A model generated the notes under the pieces. It made no database searches, was not told the origin of the DNA, and was given only the letters and a program-made list of their open reading frames with translations. 64,000 bases of DNA from contig NIVC01002202.1 of NCBI GenBank assembly GCA_002269645.1, positions 21,138-85,137 on the forward strand, in the 5' to 3' direction. This document shows positions 1 to 11,559 of this stretch, piece by piece. The DNA comes from Macrostomum lignano. Taxonomy: Eukaryota. The first letter of the stretch is position 1; every line of letters starts with the position of its first letter. A program made the translations under genes and the position numbers.

Positions 1-1013
1 CAGCCCAGCTCGGCCGTGAAGTTCAAACCGGACAGGCGGCGGCCGCTGAGCCGAGGCGGCCCGGCGCATTTGGCGTCCGGTCCCAGCTCGACGGCGGCCA
101 GCCAGGCGAGGCCGCAGTGGCTGCAGTTCCAGGCGCCGCCGCCGTCGACACGGATGCTCAGGCGGCGCAGCGCGGGTCCCCAGCTCCAGCCGGCCAGTTT
201 TGGACAGCGCCGGAAGCGCAGCTGGCGCAGCCGCGGCAGCTGGTTCAACGAGTCGACAAATTCGTACGTCACTTCGGTCAGGTTGGGCGAATCAACGAAC
301 TCCAGCCGGCGCAGGTTCGGGTGGCCCGCCAGGCCGCTGGCGGACAGCCGGCCGCTGGCCGAGAGGCGCAGCTCGCGCAGCCCGGACCCCCCGCGGGTGG
401 CGTTGGCCAGCCGCTCCAGCTGGGCGTCCAGATCGGCCAGCGGACTGCCGGACAGATCGAGCCGGTTCAGGTCGGTCAGGACGACGCTGGAGTTGACGGT
501 CAGGCCGGTCAGGCCGCAGGCGGAGACGTTGAGCTGGGCGAGGTTCGGGAGCGCGGCCGAGAGGCTCGTCAGCGGAAATTCGCCAACGCCACCGTCGCCG
601 CCTTCGCAGGACAAGTCGAGCTCCGCGAGGCCCGGCCAGAGCTGACCGCGCCGGCTAATCAGTTTGGCGAGGTCGACAGCCGGGCGTCGAAAGCTGCCGC
701 CGAGGCGCAGTCGGCGAAGCTGGCCCCGGCGCCAGTCGGATCCGAGGTCGGCGAGTTCGGCCAGGAGGTCGACGGGCGGCGACAACGATGTTGGCGCGGC
801 CAACGTGGCGGAGAGGCTGGCCCAGGGCGGCTGGCGGATTGCGGCCAGGCGGTTCCAGTCCGCAACCGAGAGGTCGGGACAGTCGACTTCGCTCAGGCCG
901 TCAGCTGAGCGGCAGGTGCATCGGGCCGGACACGCCGGCTGCGGCATCGGCCGAGCGGCGGCCAGAGCGATCACCGAGAGCAGCAGCAGCTGCAGCAGCG
1001 GCGATGACGACAT
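1..1013 (-). CDS. Extracellular leucine-rich-repeat protein (signal peptide, LRRNT, ~8 divergent LRRs, LRRCT); 3'-partial, continues beyond the left edge
   Basis: Manual translation from ATG at 1013: MSSSPLLQLLLLLSVIALAAARPMPQPACPARCTCRSADGLSEVDC..., LxxLxL units (LRRLRL, LAELDLS, LAQLNVS, LNRLDLS, LRELRLS, LRRLEF, LRQLRF, LRRLSI), then LRRCT-like WNCSHCGLAWL...KCAGPPRLSGRRL. No stop before position 1, which is why the ORF track omits it. Confidence 0.9.
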   Translation of the reverse strand, partial: MSSSPLLQLLLLSVIALAAARPMPQPACPARCTCRSADGLSEVDCPDLSVADWNRLAAIRQPPWASLSATLAAPTSLSPPVDLLAELADLGSDWRRGQLRRLRLGGSFRRPAVDLAKLISRRGQLWPGLAELDLSCEGGDGGVGEFPLTSLSAALPNLAQLNVSACGLTGLTVNSSVVLTDLNRLDLSGSPLADLDAQLERLANATRGGSGLRELRLSASGRLSASGLAGHPNLRRLEFVDSPNLTEVTYEFVDSLNQLPRLRQLRFRRCPKLAGWSWGPALRRLSIRVDGGGAWNCSHCGLAWLAAVELGPDAKCAGPPRLSGRRLSGLNFTAELG

Positions 1014-1107
1014 TGCGCGATGAAGTGAGAGGCTGGACTGAGCCTGAGGAGGGGCATTCGAAAATTGAATTCGTTTGTTTGAGCTAGACTTGATTAAAAA
1101 CTTAAAA

Positions 1108-1203
1108 TCTATTGGGATCTATAATACATCTATTGGGATCTATAATGCATCTATTGGGATCTATACAGCATCTATTGGGATCTACAAACAGCATCTATTG
1201 CGA
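1108..1203. repeat. Short tandem repeat, ~20-bp unit CATCTATTGGGATCTATA..
   Basis: About 5 copies of tctattgggatct directly upstream of the LRR gene. Confidence 0.8.
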
Positions 1204-2919
1204 GGATCTATTTGAAGTATGAGAAAGCACAAGCAGAGCTTACCAAATGGACAAAGTGTTGTATTAACTTTTGAATGCGTTAAGCTTCTTCTTCCTTCCG
1301 AGCAAAAGCAAGTCAGTGGCTCGTGCTTGATTATCTTTCAACCCCGACAAAGTTTTCGGACCAGAACTGGCTGTCTTGCCCAAAACTTCCTCGGGGTGGA
1401 GGCGACACACAGAGAGAACTGTAGAGTTCAGAAATACTGGCTGCTGCTGAGGTTTGGGAATTGGGTAAACTTTATTTAGAGAGAGAGAGGGGGGAGAGGG
1501 AGAGAGGGCGAGGGTAGGGCTGGGAGACACGAGAGCAGTCATGCCCCGGTGGGGACACGCACGGGAGGCCGGACGAATTTGCACTTCCCCCGTCCAATCC
1601 CGAAGCCCCTAATCCCCAGCTGATTAGGGGAGGATGTGGGCTCCTTCACGGGTGATGGACGGGCCGCCCCGGTATTGCTTAGCAAAGGATGCGTGAAGGC
1701 GACGCCCCATGGCCTCCCTCAGTTGGGAAGAGGAATGAAAGAAATGGGGCGAGGGTGAGGGAGGGTAAGAGGCGGGAAGAGTGTGTACACAAATCGGAGG
1801 AACCGCTTCGGGTATGGGGGTGGGGGATGGTTGGTCGGCGTCAGATTCAGGGGGAGAAAGAACTTTCGGGAAGAGTGAAAACGGAAAGAAGGGGAAAAAG
1901 TCCCCAAAGAAGTTCATGAAGCCGCTATAGGCCGAGAGAAGGGAAGCGATGCAGAGCTATAGTGTTCCTCATTCGGTGTCGAGGGGAAGGAGAGCGGGGC
2001 AAAGAGAAGCTCTGGGGACGACGAGAGAGGATCGGGGACGAGTCTAAATCTTCAGCCTCGCCCTCCCCCCCAGGCCCAATTCGGATCACATGACCGGCTC
2101 CCGCATACTGCATAGTACTCGAACATTCGCTGGCACATGCACCAGAGTTCGGGTAAAATGAATTGCCCAAAATCCAAGTGACTTTTCTTGTTGACTCCAA
2201 GGCAAGCCAGTTGCTTTTTTCGCTTCAGCGGATCAGGGAATTCCCGCGGGCATTCCAGTTGTCTGCTCTAATTAGCGAACTAATTGGAACCAGAGAGCTG
2301 TAAAGCATATTAAGGGGCTTTGGAAATTGAAGCATGTCCTTGAACTTCACTCGGTAGAAAATTGTTAGCTAAAAGTTCAACGTCTAGAATATTTGATCAT
2401 GTTAACACGGAATTCTCATTTCAACACTTCTCCACATTTCGTTCCGAAAGTGTTGCTTCTAATAGAGCTAAATAGCCATTAAGACCATTGTGCAAACTCA
2501 GCTCAGCTCTTTAGTTTGTTTAACCAATGATACGTGTAATTATACTACACCCAAACTGAGGTTCAGGAAACGGCATCAAGCGTTCAAGCTCGTTTACACC
2601 AACTGACTGATGCCCAAGGACCACTGTAGGATAGCGGGACGTGACACTCAAAGATCGTATAATGTTTTTGGAGGCCAAATTCCTGGAAAAAATAGACTGC
2701 GGAGACAGCGAAAAATCTTTTTATTCATCACATAATCAATGATTTGCATTTGATCTAAGGCAGTGAAGATTACCATACTATATTGCATGTTACTCTACTG
2801 TGTTTTATGTAACTGTTTACTGAAACATTCACGGGCCACATTCGGCCCGCGAAGCCTCGATCTCTATCCGACATTCGGGTCCTTCGAAACTTCACAATGG
2901 CAAATCCGACCCGCTTAAA

Positions 2920-3085
2920 GTCTCTTCTCAGCTCTCTTACCCCTCTCTCCCCCCTCTCTCTCTCTTCTCCTCTCTCCTCTCATCTTACGTATCTATATCT
3001 TCTCCTCTCCTCTCTCTTCTTTCCTCTTAATTATCTCTCTCATCTCTTCTCTTTATCCAATCTCTATTCTCTCTCCTTTCCTCTC
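2920..3085. repeat. CT-rich low-complexity tract
   Basis: Degenerate (CT)n/(CTT)n sequence. Confidence 0.8.
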
Positions 3086-5731
3086 ATCTGGCCTGCAGCC
3101 ATAAGCTAGGTTCTTTATCTTGCACGGCCCTTGAAGAGCAAAAAAGTTTGCCGACCCATGCTTTGTATACATGACCGCGTCAGAGGGCGACGTCGAAACC
3201 GTTCTGCTTTACAACACCGAGGCCTGCATGCTGCGCGCCGCCTTCAAGACCGCGGCGACAAGCGAGTCACCAACGCGACAAATCTATCGTCGCGCCAACC
3301 TAAGGTCCGTTCAAGCGAACTATTGTGCCGTCAGCGGCTCCAGCTGACAACAGGCTACTCGTCGAGTTTTTCTGCCCACAAACGATGCAGGAGGTGCTGC
3401 TGCTTGACGCTGCAGGCAACCATACCAGAGAGGACAGGTGGTCTTTGTCAACTACATGCACATGTGCAACCCGGACTAGGTCGGTGGCGCGGCCTATTTT
3501 GTGCCCTAGCACAGAAGCGCGCCCTCTGACTCTTCTTTTTTAAAGAAATTACTGAAAGCGTATTTTGCTGTGTTGTTTTTGCCAGTTGCTGTTTTATATT
3601 TCGCACTGCAGTAGCGCATTTTCATGTAGAATAATTTTATGACTGAATTTGATACGAAGCTCAGCAGCTTGCACGGTTAGGGCGAGAAGTGAAGTCGGTA
3701 TGAATGTGTGGATTATGATGAGACTGCAAGTAAAATCGTCAATGTGTGACGCACCACAGATCACAAACTATACGCTCGTAGTCAGAAATTGAAAAAAGAT
3801 AACCGCCAGTCAGTCCTTTACTATAGAGCCTTTGGCAGAGCGATTTACGTCACAGCTCACTACACTGCAAATGACGCAAGGTTTTCCAACTCATGCTCCG
3901 GTGCACTGGGTCAGGATGGCGATTTTCATTGTCGGCTGATTTTCCATGCAAGAATGGCATTCTTGCACTCTTTTGCGTGCAGGAATGGATGTCTATGGTA
4001 AAATCTCACTGAAAAAGCATTAGGCGCAGAAATGCATTCCTGCACGGTTTTGTGCATTCCTGCACGATGAATCATCCGACAATGGAATTCCTTCACGTTC
4101 ACTCGTGCGTGAAGGACATCGTGCACTCGTGCGCTAGCGCGCACTCGTGCAGATGTCATTCCCGCACTCGTGACCGTGCAGGAATATACCAATGTTGCTG
4201 AGTTATATGAGTTTCAGCAGTGCTAATATCAGAACAACGAAAATGTGTAAATGCCAAATAATAATTACATGTAAGAGTTTAAAAAACTTTCACTGTTTTT
4301 GTCATATAAAATAGCAGAAATAATTAACACTAGAAGCCATCTGATTTAGTGAAGATGTTTTTTGATTTATGTAATTTTGTTTTTCAGGGTATGATAATAA
4401 CTTTCGGATAACTGATTCGTTGAGTTTCAAAGAAAGCGCAAAGAAAGAAGGCTTTGGTTTTCACTAGAACTGCTTGCAAGATAAAAAGTCACATAGGCCC
4501 TAGTCTGTAGGACTACTTCAGAATCATATGTCTTAAGTCTAACCCTTTATATTAGAATTTTATCATCTCTGAGTGTCAATGGATGGTGCATGGCATTTGT
4601 TCGGGGTTTTTTTAAGAACATTAGACCTGGGCTGGGCCTATTTTATTTATATATTCTTTTGCCATCGATCACGTCAGGTGGAAACTCCAGTTGCACAAAT
4701 GATTAATCATTTTCCAGATAAGTGCAATATGAAGCAAATCAGCAAAGAGTTAATACTAGGCCTAGCCAGCCCTGGGGCCTGGTCTAGGTGCTAGTTAGTA
4801 AATAAAGTCGAAATAAAGTTGTATTTCAGCATTTTTATAAATTCCAAGCCTAAGAAAAAGCTTCTTGCAATAAATTAGACGAATTTTCTATCTAATATAG
4901 CCATAGCCATAGGCCTAGGTTACATTGCCTAGGTTAGAATTAATTGTTACTTTGTAAACAGAATTATTGCCTATTAATTGCTCATTAGATTAAAAGTCAT
5001 TAGAAATTAATAGATAGGCCTAACTAGCCTAGCCTAAAAGTGCAGAAATACAAAGTTGGCTATTGTAAGCTCTGGAAAAGTGCTTACATTGAAGTGAAAA
5101 ATAATGGCCTCCCCTTGTCTTAACTGGGCTGGGCTATCTAGCCAGACTAGCTCTACACTAAATGATAGGCCTAGATAACAAAGCTGAGGTTTGAAGGCCA
5201 AGCTAGCAGCCTGCAAAGGCATGACATAGTAGACTTGTAGATAAAACTTGTATTCTAAAAATTTTATCAGAAGAAGTAAATACTTAGACTTATACTCAGA
5301 CCCTATTCTAAGATCTATGCTCAGAAATTAATTATAGTTTAGCACAACTTTGGTAACAGTGATTAAGATGTTAAGAAAGAGGTTTAGCCCCATTCGATGA
5401 GAGAACCAGAATGCCTATGACACCTTGGTGGCATAACAGTGGGATTTCCTTTAGTATAGGAAAAGGAAACAGCACTGTGACACTTTGATTGAAAAATCTG
5501 ACAAAACTTAATTATTTTAATTTATAATAATTATTATTAAAGGCCTTGATTATTAAAAAAACCTAATGTTTGTTGGTTTATAATTGATTAATTAACGCCT
5601 TAAAATATCTTAACCCATTTTCATGAAACTTATAAGTCTACTATTTAATTCGAAAATTAAGACTTAATATTTGTACAGATTAAGAAATGTTTCATGCTAA
5701 GGGGGTTAAATATTTAAAAAACCTATTTTTA

Positions 5732-6703
5732 CAAGGGGTGTCCAAAAAGTAGTGATACTTTTAACCATAGTTCTGGTTCTATAGCTTCCTGTGATTTAAA
5801 ATTTTATGAACTGATAGCAGAAAATCTCTTCTACAAACTGCTTTTTGAATTTTTAAAATTGATACCAGAGAACAAAAGTTATACCCACGAAAATAACAGT
5901 ACCTATACCATAGAGTTACACAAATTTTATGAAAATTTATAATAGTTGACTTCTGCACTCATTCATTAAGAAGGCATTGATAAATGTCTTGTTTAAGCAA
6001 TACAATTGCAAAATGATGCTCATTGTGACTGACTGGAATTTGTCTATGGATGGAATCATGCGCAGAAAAATAAAGCATTAAATTCATTACTTTACTTGCA
6101 AACAGAGGAGCTTGCATTTTGCGATTTGTTCATGATTTTATTGCCCATACTCGACAACACATGGATGTGCACTCAGTTGTTGCTCAGCAAAGTACCATCT
6201 TCACTCTTTGGGGTGCTGGCCATAGTGCCTCAGAAATTCACGCAAAACTTTGCTCTGCGCATGGATCCTCTGCGGTCAGCAAAATGACAGTTTATCAATG
6301 GATTGAGCAGTTAAGCAAGGGAAGGACTGACTTGGCAGATCAGCATCAGACAGGGCAGCCATACGTTCATCAACCTGATGTACTAGCGACTCCATTCTGG
6401 ATCTTCTTGACCTTTAGAGAGATCGCTGACACTCTGATAGGTTAGACATGCTGAAATCAACAATTCATTGAAGCTTACTCGGCATGTATCTTGTGAAGCT
6501 CAGCCTATAATTTGTGTAACTCTATGGTACAGGTACTGTTACTTTCATGAGTATAACTTTTGTTCTCTGGTATCAATTTTAAAAATTCAAAAAGCAGTCT
6601 GTAGAAGAGATTTTCTGCTATCAGTTCATAAAATTTTAAATCACAGGAAGCTATAGAACAAGAGCTATGGTTAAAAGTATCACTACTTTTTGGACACCCC
6701 TCA
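5732..6703 (+). mobile_element. Non-autonomous Tc1/mariner element (internal deletion derivative) with ~195-bp TIRs and TA target duplication
   Basis: TA|CAAGGGGTGTCCAAAAAGTAGTGATAC at 5730-5758 is mirrored by GTATCACTACTTTTTGGACACCCCTCA|TA at 6677-6705. The inverted match extends over about 5732-5926 and 6509-6703. The interior (6161-6445) encodes a mariner N-terminal HTH (QSTIFTLWGAGHSASEIHAKLCSAHGSSAVSKMTVYQWIEQLSKGRTDLADQHQTGQP...FREIADTL). No catalytic DDD domain. Confidence 0.9.
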
Positions 6704-7350
6704 TATAATGCTCTGAATAAATAGATAATCATTATTTATAATATTGACTTTTTTAATTTTGACTATAACAAAGATTACATCATAACTACCTTTTTGCTTA
6801 TCATTAGTAACAAGTTGATTGGCTAAATTGTAACTTTTACTTTTATTTGAATTGCATAATCACTATAGTCACAAGATTTTCCTTGGTATATGGCAGTAAA
6901 ATATGAGCCACACCTATATTGGATCCTAAAAGATATAAACCTATATTTTAAGTCAAATAGAATTAAAATTTTGTATACCAGTATGAGTTTAAATCTATGA
7001 TTGGCTATCATTTTAGACAATATTTATACAATTACTATATTATTATTATCCATTAATGTAATTTAAATAATAAAAATGTTTCAATTTTGACAGTGCATAA
7101 AGCATAAGGTTTAATTATAAGCTAACAAATAATGACTGCATTTTTGTGAAGCCATAATTTAATCTAGTAATACGTAAAAAATGAATGACCTTTCCATTGA
7201 TTATATTTTCGGCTTGATCAGATAGTTTTTTATTTATTTCATGGCATCCCAGTTTGCTGCATCCCACCAGAAAGTGAAGAAGTAGATCCAGTAGCATCCT
7301 TGAAATCTCAGCAAACCAGGCGGGCGGTCTCGCTTTTGCCCAAGGAGTTG

Positions 7351-8370
7351 ATGGACTCATCTGAGCAGCTGCAGCAGGCTGGGGACGAGCTTGACGATCG
7401 CAGCGACTCGCTGCCGGAGCCACCGCTGGAGGCGCCGACGCGTCCAGAACCAGCAGCATCAGCCGACGAAGATGAAGACAAGCAGCTGGCCCTGCTTAAG
7501 ACCATCGACGTGGAGGACATCCACACGGAGGTGGCCGGCAAGACCAGCCGCGGCGCCATCCGGCGCATCGCCCGCGCCTCCAGCTGCGAGGCGCCAACGC
7601 CGGCTGCCCTGGCAGCAGCAGCAGAGGCCGCATCCGAAGATGATGAAGATGACGAAGACAAAGAAGCCAATGAAGAGCTGGGGACGGCAACGGCGGCGGC
7701 TGAGACTGACAAGCCGTCAGCATCCGAGCCGGGCTCGAACTCGAGACCAGCCGCTGCTGTTGCCGAAGACAGCATCGCAGCCGGCGTGACGGCGCTGCTG
7801 CTTAACGAAGCTGAGCAGCAGCAACAGCAAAAGCAACAGCAGGATGATGTAGAGGAGACGCTGACAGCAGAATGGAGAACAGCTGATCGGCACGTGTTTG
7901 TCATGAGCCGTTCAGGCAAGCCGATCTTTAGTCGGCATGGCAACGAAGAGAAGCTGGTGACTCACATGGGCGTCATGACCGCCCTGGTGTCAGTAGTTGA
8001 GGACTCAGACGATCAGGTGCATTGGTTCGAATCCGCTGATCGCAGATTCGTATTCCTAGCCAAGGAGTTCCTCATTCTCGTGTGCATCTGCCGGTCGGCC
8101 GAGTCGCCTACTCAACTGCTGCTCCAGCTCAACTATTTATACAATCAGATCCTCAGCCTGCTCACCTTCACTGTGCTCAAGCGGGCATTTCGCAAGTCTA
8201 ATTACGATCTGCGCCATTTGCTACCAGATGCGGACAGGTTCTTGACCGGCCTGCTGCAGTTCATGGAGCGGGACATCGGGCCCCTGCTGGGCGCAGTCCA
8301 GTGCCTGCCACTGCCCAAGTCTACCAGAGACGCTGTCGGCGATGCCATCTGCTCTGGAGCTCGGGTTAAG
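7351..8370 (+). CDS. MON1: Vacuolar fusion protein MON1, exon 1 of 4 (join 7351-8370, 9756-10046, 10572-10853, 11419-11559)
   Basis: Acidic N-terminus, then the first longin domain HVFVMSRSGKPIFSRHGNEEKLVTHMGVMTALVS...QLNYLYNQILSLLT...NYDLRHLL. Donor AAG|GTAAAA at 8370/8371. The start codon is the least certain part. Confidence 0.93.
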
Positions 8371-8423
8371 GTAAAAATCTGGATTTTTTAAGGAGATGGG
8401 AATAATGATTGAATTGAATACCG

Positions 8424-8597
8424 CTGCCCTGATTGCCCTGATTGATTGTCGCCACACCTGCAGCTGGGTGAACTGGAGCAATGCAGAGTTAAGTGGTCTT
8501 CTTGCTTAAGGACACAAATTGTTTAAGTGGTATCCGGAATCGAACCCCCGACCTTCACGTCATGAGTCCGACGCTCTGACCACTGGGCTACAAACCC
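8424..8597 (-). mobile_element. tRNA-derived SINE with CORE-like domain, copy 1 (in MON1 intron 1)
   Basis: Minus strand GGGTTTGTAGCCCAGTGGTCAGAGCGTCGGACTCATGACGTGAAGGTCGGGGGTTCGATTCC (Pol III A and B boxes), followed by TGTGTCCTTAAGCAAG..CACTTAACTCTGC..CACCCAGCTG. A second diverged copy lies at ~28390-28634. Confidence 0.8.
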
Positions 8598-9755
8598 TAG
8601 ACACATTAGACACATTATAGAGTAATCCAATAGAGAATTAAGCAACTCCAAGCCAATCAAAATACAAATATTGAAAAATTTATGTTTTTTTAAAATCAAT
8701 TTTCTTTATTTGAGGAATGAGATCGCGAAAATGCCGCCTATCGATACATATCGTCATCTTGTAGTTTCTTTAGTAGAAGGACCTACTGCATGCACTTTGA
8801 AATTGTGATGAAAATTTCAATGTGGAGACAGTTTTCCAGTGTACTTTAATGACTAATTAGTGTTAGTGGCACTTCAATATGATCAACTTTAAAATAGGGT
8901 CCGCGTGCTTCCAGTTTTCATTGCGGTATTTTCTCATTTTTCTGTACTGCACTGCCAAAGATTGCAAATTAAAATAAAATAAAATTTTACTACTAGTAGC
9001 ATATAAAGTATATTTGCTTTATTTTTTATTATAGTCCATATATTACCCTATATATTTATGCTAAGAGTAAAACAGTTAATAGAATTTCATTATTGCTAAT
9101 TTCGTGAATGCAATATTTCGCTATTTCTACTGTAAGTAAAGTACCTAGAAGTTGCAAGCAATTAACAAAAAAACAAGTGAATCGACAAGGTCAGTTCATG
9201 GGCTGTTACTAAAATTTGTTATTGTCATTAAGAAATCATAAAAAATATATTCATTAATTCGTTAACTCGCTTCCAGAATCGTCGCAATCCGGTAAGTATT
9301 AGGTGATTGTTTGTTTGTTTGTTTCATCTCTTTTTGTGTGTCTTCTGTGTGTCTTCTGGTTCAATTTTAACATTCTATCATTAATGCGCTTCATTGGTGG
9401 TTTGTTTTACAGTAGCTGCTATTGTTTACCCACTTTGTTGTGCCTAGTTTTTATTTATTTGGTTTAATAGTTAAAATATCCTGCTCACCAGTACTAATAA
9501 TTAATAATTTAGTAGTTGAAAAACTGTTCTATACGTCTAGCGACGATAATTTTAAGTGGTTTTTAAGACTCAGTTTTGGGGAATTCTAGCCTTTTTAATT
9601 GGTTACAAATTGGCTCTCCCTTGCTGTTATAACTTTAGAATATTGGTAACAATCTCACAATTAGACAATTATTCAAGGTGACGATGGGAATCTCTATGCT
9701 AGAGAGTGAGAATCTCAGGGTGAGGCACTGAGAATCTAGCCCCCATCACTCGCAG

Positions 9756-10046
9756 GATCTGGTGTTCGGCATCCTGCTGAGCGGCACCAAGCTGGTGAGC
9801 CTGGTGCACATGAAGCGGCAGTACCTGCACCCGTTGGACATGCATTTGATTATCAATTTGATTAACTGCACCGAGTCCTTCAAGACCAGTCAGGCCTGGA
9901 CTCCGATTTGTCTGCCGAAGTTCGACGCCAGCGGCAACCTGTACGCCTACGTGTGCTTTCTCGACGAGGAGCTTTGCTTGGTGCTGCTAACTGTTGACGG
10001 CAACAGCTTTGACGCTTTGGCCGAGGCCAAGAATAAAATACTTGAG
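9756..10046 (+). CDS. MON1: MON1 exon 2
   Basis: cgcag|GATCTG acceptor. DLVFGILL...LHPLDMHLIINL...AWTPICLPKFD...LCLVLLT...KILE. Donor GAG|GTAAAT. 291 nt, phase 0/0. Confidence 0.95.
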
Positions 10047-10071
10047 GTAAATACACTTCGGTTGGGCTTAA

Positions 10072-10441
10072 TCAATGGGATCTGTGCATTACTTGGGATG
10101 TTTTAGTCAATGGGATCTGTGAAATCAGTGGGGAGTTTTTAGTCAATGGGATCTGTGCAATCAGTGGGGAAGTTTTAGTCAATGGGATCTGTGAAATCAG
10201 TGGGTAGTTTTTAGTCAATGGGATCTGTGAAATCAGTGGGGAGTTTTTAGTCAATGGGATCTGTGCAATCAGTGGGGAAGTTTTAGTCAATGGGATCTGT
10301 GAAATCAGTGGGGAGTTTTTAGTCAATGGGATCTGTGAAATCTGGAGATTTTTTAGTCAATGGGATCTGTGCATCAGTGGGGATTTTTAGTCAATGGGAT
10401 CTGTGCATCAGTGGGGATTTTTAGTCAATGGGGTCTGTGCA
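10072..10441. repeat. 36-bp minisatellite in MON1 intron 2
   Basis: Unit AGTCAATGGGATCTGTGAAATCAGTGGGGAGTTTTT, ~10 copies (e.g. starts at 10105, 10141, 10177). Confidence 0.95.
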
Positions 10442-10571
10442 AGACCAATCTGATAAAACGTTGAATTGGAAACTGCTAAATTAGTCGTTAAAGTTTCCAA
10501 CCTACTAACAGTACTAACAGTAGTGTTTTGGCTTGTCAGTAGCAAATTTTATTTCACTCCTTCGCACGCAG

Positions 10572-10853
10572 AAGCTGCAGAAGGCCAATTGTCTGGCCCA
10601 GATTCGCGAGAGCGCCGTTGCCGGCCAGTGGACCCTGGCGCAGACCGGGGCGGAGGAGGTGCGCCATTTCGTGTACAAAATCAAGCTGGCTGGTCAGTAC
10701 TTCTCGCCGCAGATGGGCGACCCGTTTGGCCAGCCTGAGGACCAGCAGCGCGTCATGGCGCTTTACCAGCGGATGCACGCCCTGCTGCATCGGCGGACCA
10801 GGCCGCTTAAGCTGGTGTATCACACCAACCAGCTGGCATCCGTGATGGGCTGG
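10572..10853 (+). CDS. MON1: MON1 exon 3
   Basis: cgcag|AAGCTG acceptor. KLQKANC...VRHFVYK...QYFSP...LYQRMH...RPLKLVY...VMGW. Donor TGG|GTGAGC. 282 nt. Confidence 0.95.
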
Positions 10854-10889
10854 GTGAGCCTGTTTGACATCTCACTAACAAATAATACA

Positions 10890-11352
10890 CTTCTGACATC
10901 CCGCTGACAGATACCCCTGACATCCCTCTGACATACCCCTGACATCCTGCTGTCAGATACCCTCGACAACCCTTTTACAGGTACTCCTGATATCCCTCTG
11001 ACATACTCCTGACATCCCGCTGCCAGATACCCCTGACATCCCTCTGACATACTCCTGACATCCCGCTGTCAGATACCTCTGACAACCCGCTGACATACCC
11101 CTGACAACCCGCTGTCAGATACCCCTGACAACCCGCTGTCAGATACCCCTGACAACCCGCTGTCAGATACCCCTGACAACCCGCTGTCAGATACCCCTGA
11201 CAACCCGCTGACATACCCCTGACAACCCGCTGTCAGATTCCCCTGACATCCCGCTGACATACCCCTGACAACCCGCTGTCAGATACCCCTGACAACCCGC
11301 TGACATACCCCTGACAACCCGCTGCCAGATACCCCTGACATCCCGCTGACAG
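10890..11352. repeat. 24-bp (and 21-bp variant) minisatellite in MON1 intron 3
   Basis: Unit GACAACCCGCTGTCAGATACCCCT. Confidence 0.95.
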
Positions 11353-11418
11353 CTTCCCATAGCAACTGATGGCGGCACTCCGCTAAGCACTCAACATCCT
11401 ATCAATTCTCGTTGCCAG

Positions 11419-11559
11419 ATCACCGAAGAGTTCGAGCTGTACGCAGCCTTCAGCCCGCTGGCCAGCAAGCGGTCGGCCATCCAGTCGGTGAACCGGGTGC
11501 TTAAATGGCTTGGCAGGGAGCGGGACCGCCTCTTCTGCTTGTCGTCTCCGTCTTTCTGA
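11419..11559 (+). CDS. MON1: MON1 exon 4 (terminal)
   Basis: ttgccag|ATCACC acceptor. ITEEFELYAAFSPLASKRSAIQSVNRVLKWLGRERDRLFCLSSPSF* matches the MON1 C-terminus (FELY...PL...WI..EEDRLF). TGA at 11557-11559. Confidence 0.95.
   Translation: MTEEFELYAAFSPLASKRSAIQSVNRVLKWLGRERDRLFCLSSPSF

Noticed and set aside
16-1087. Plus-strand ORFs 16-645, 117-908, 664-1023 and 788-1087
   Set aside because: These are antisense or off-frame shadows of the GC-rich minus-strand LRR gene, with no domain features.
2830-3135. Possible hAT/Tip100 MITE (GGGCCACATTCGGCCCGCG ... GCACGGCCC)
   Set aside because: I could not identify matching TIRs or an 8-bp TSD.
4490-5230. Cluster of AGGCCT/CCTAGG motifs
   Set aside because: There is no periodicity or defined ends. 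It looks like low-complexity intergenic sequence.
8527-8597. Apparent tRNA-Met (CAT anticodon)
   Set aside because: The acceptor, anticodon and T stems pair poorly. The sequence continues into a SINE body, and the second copy has a different anticodon loop.
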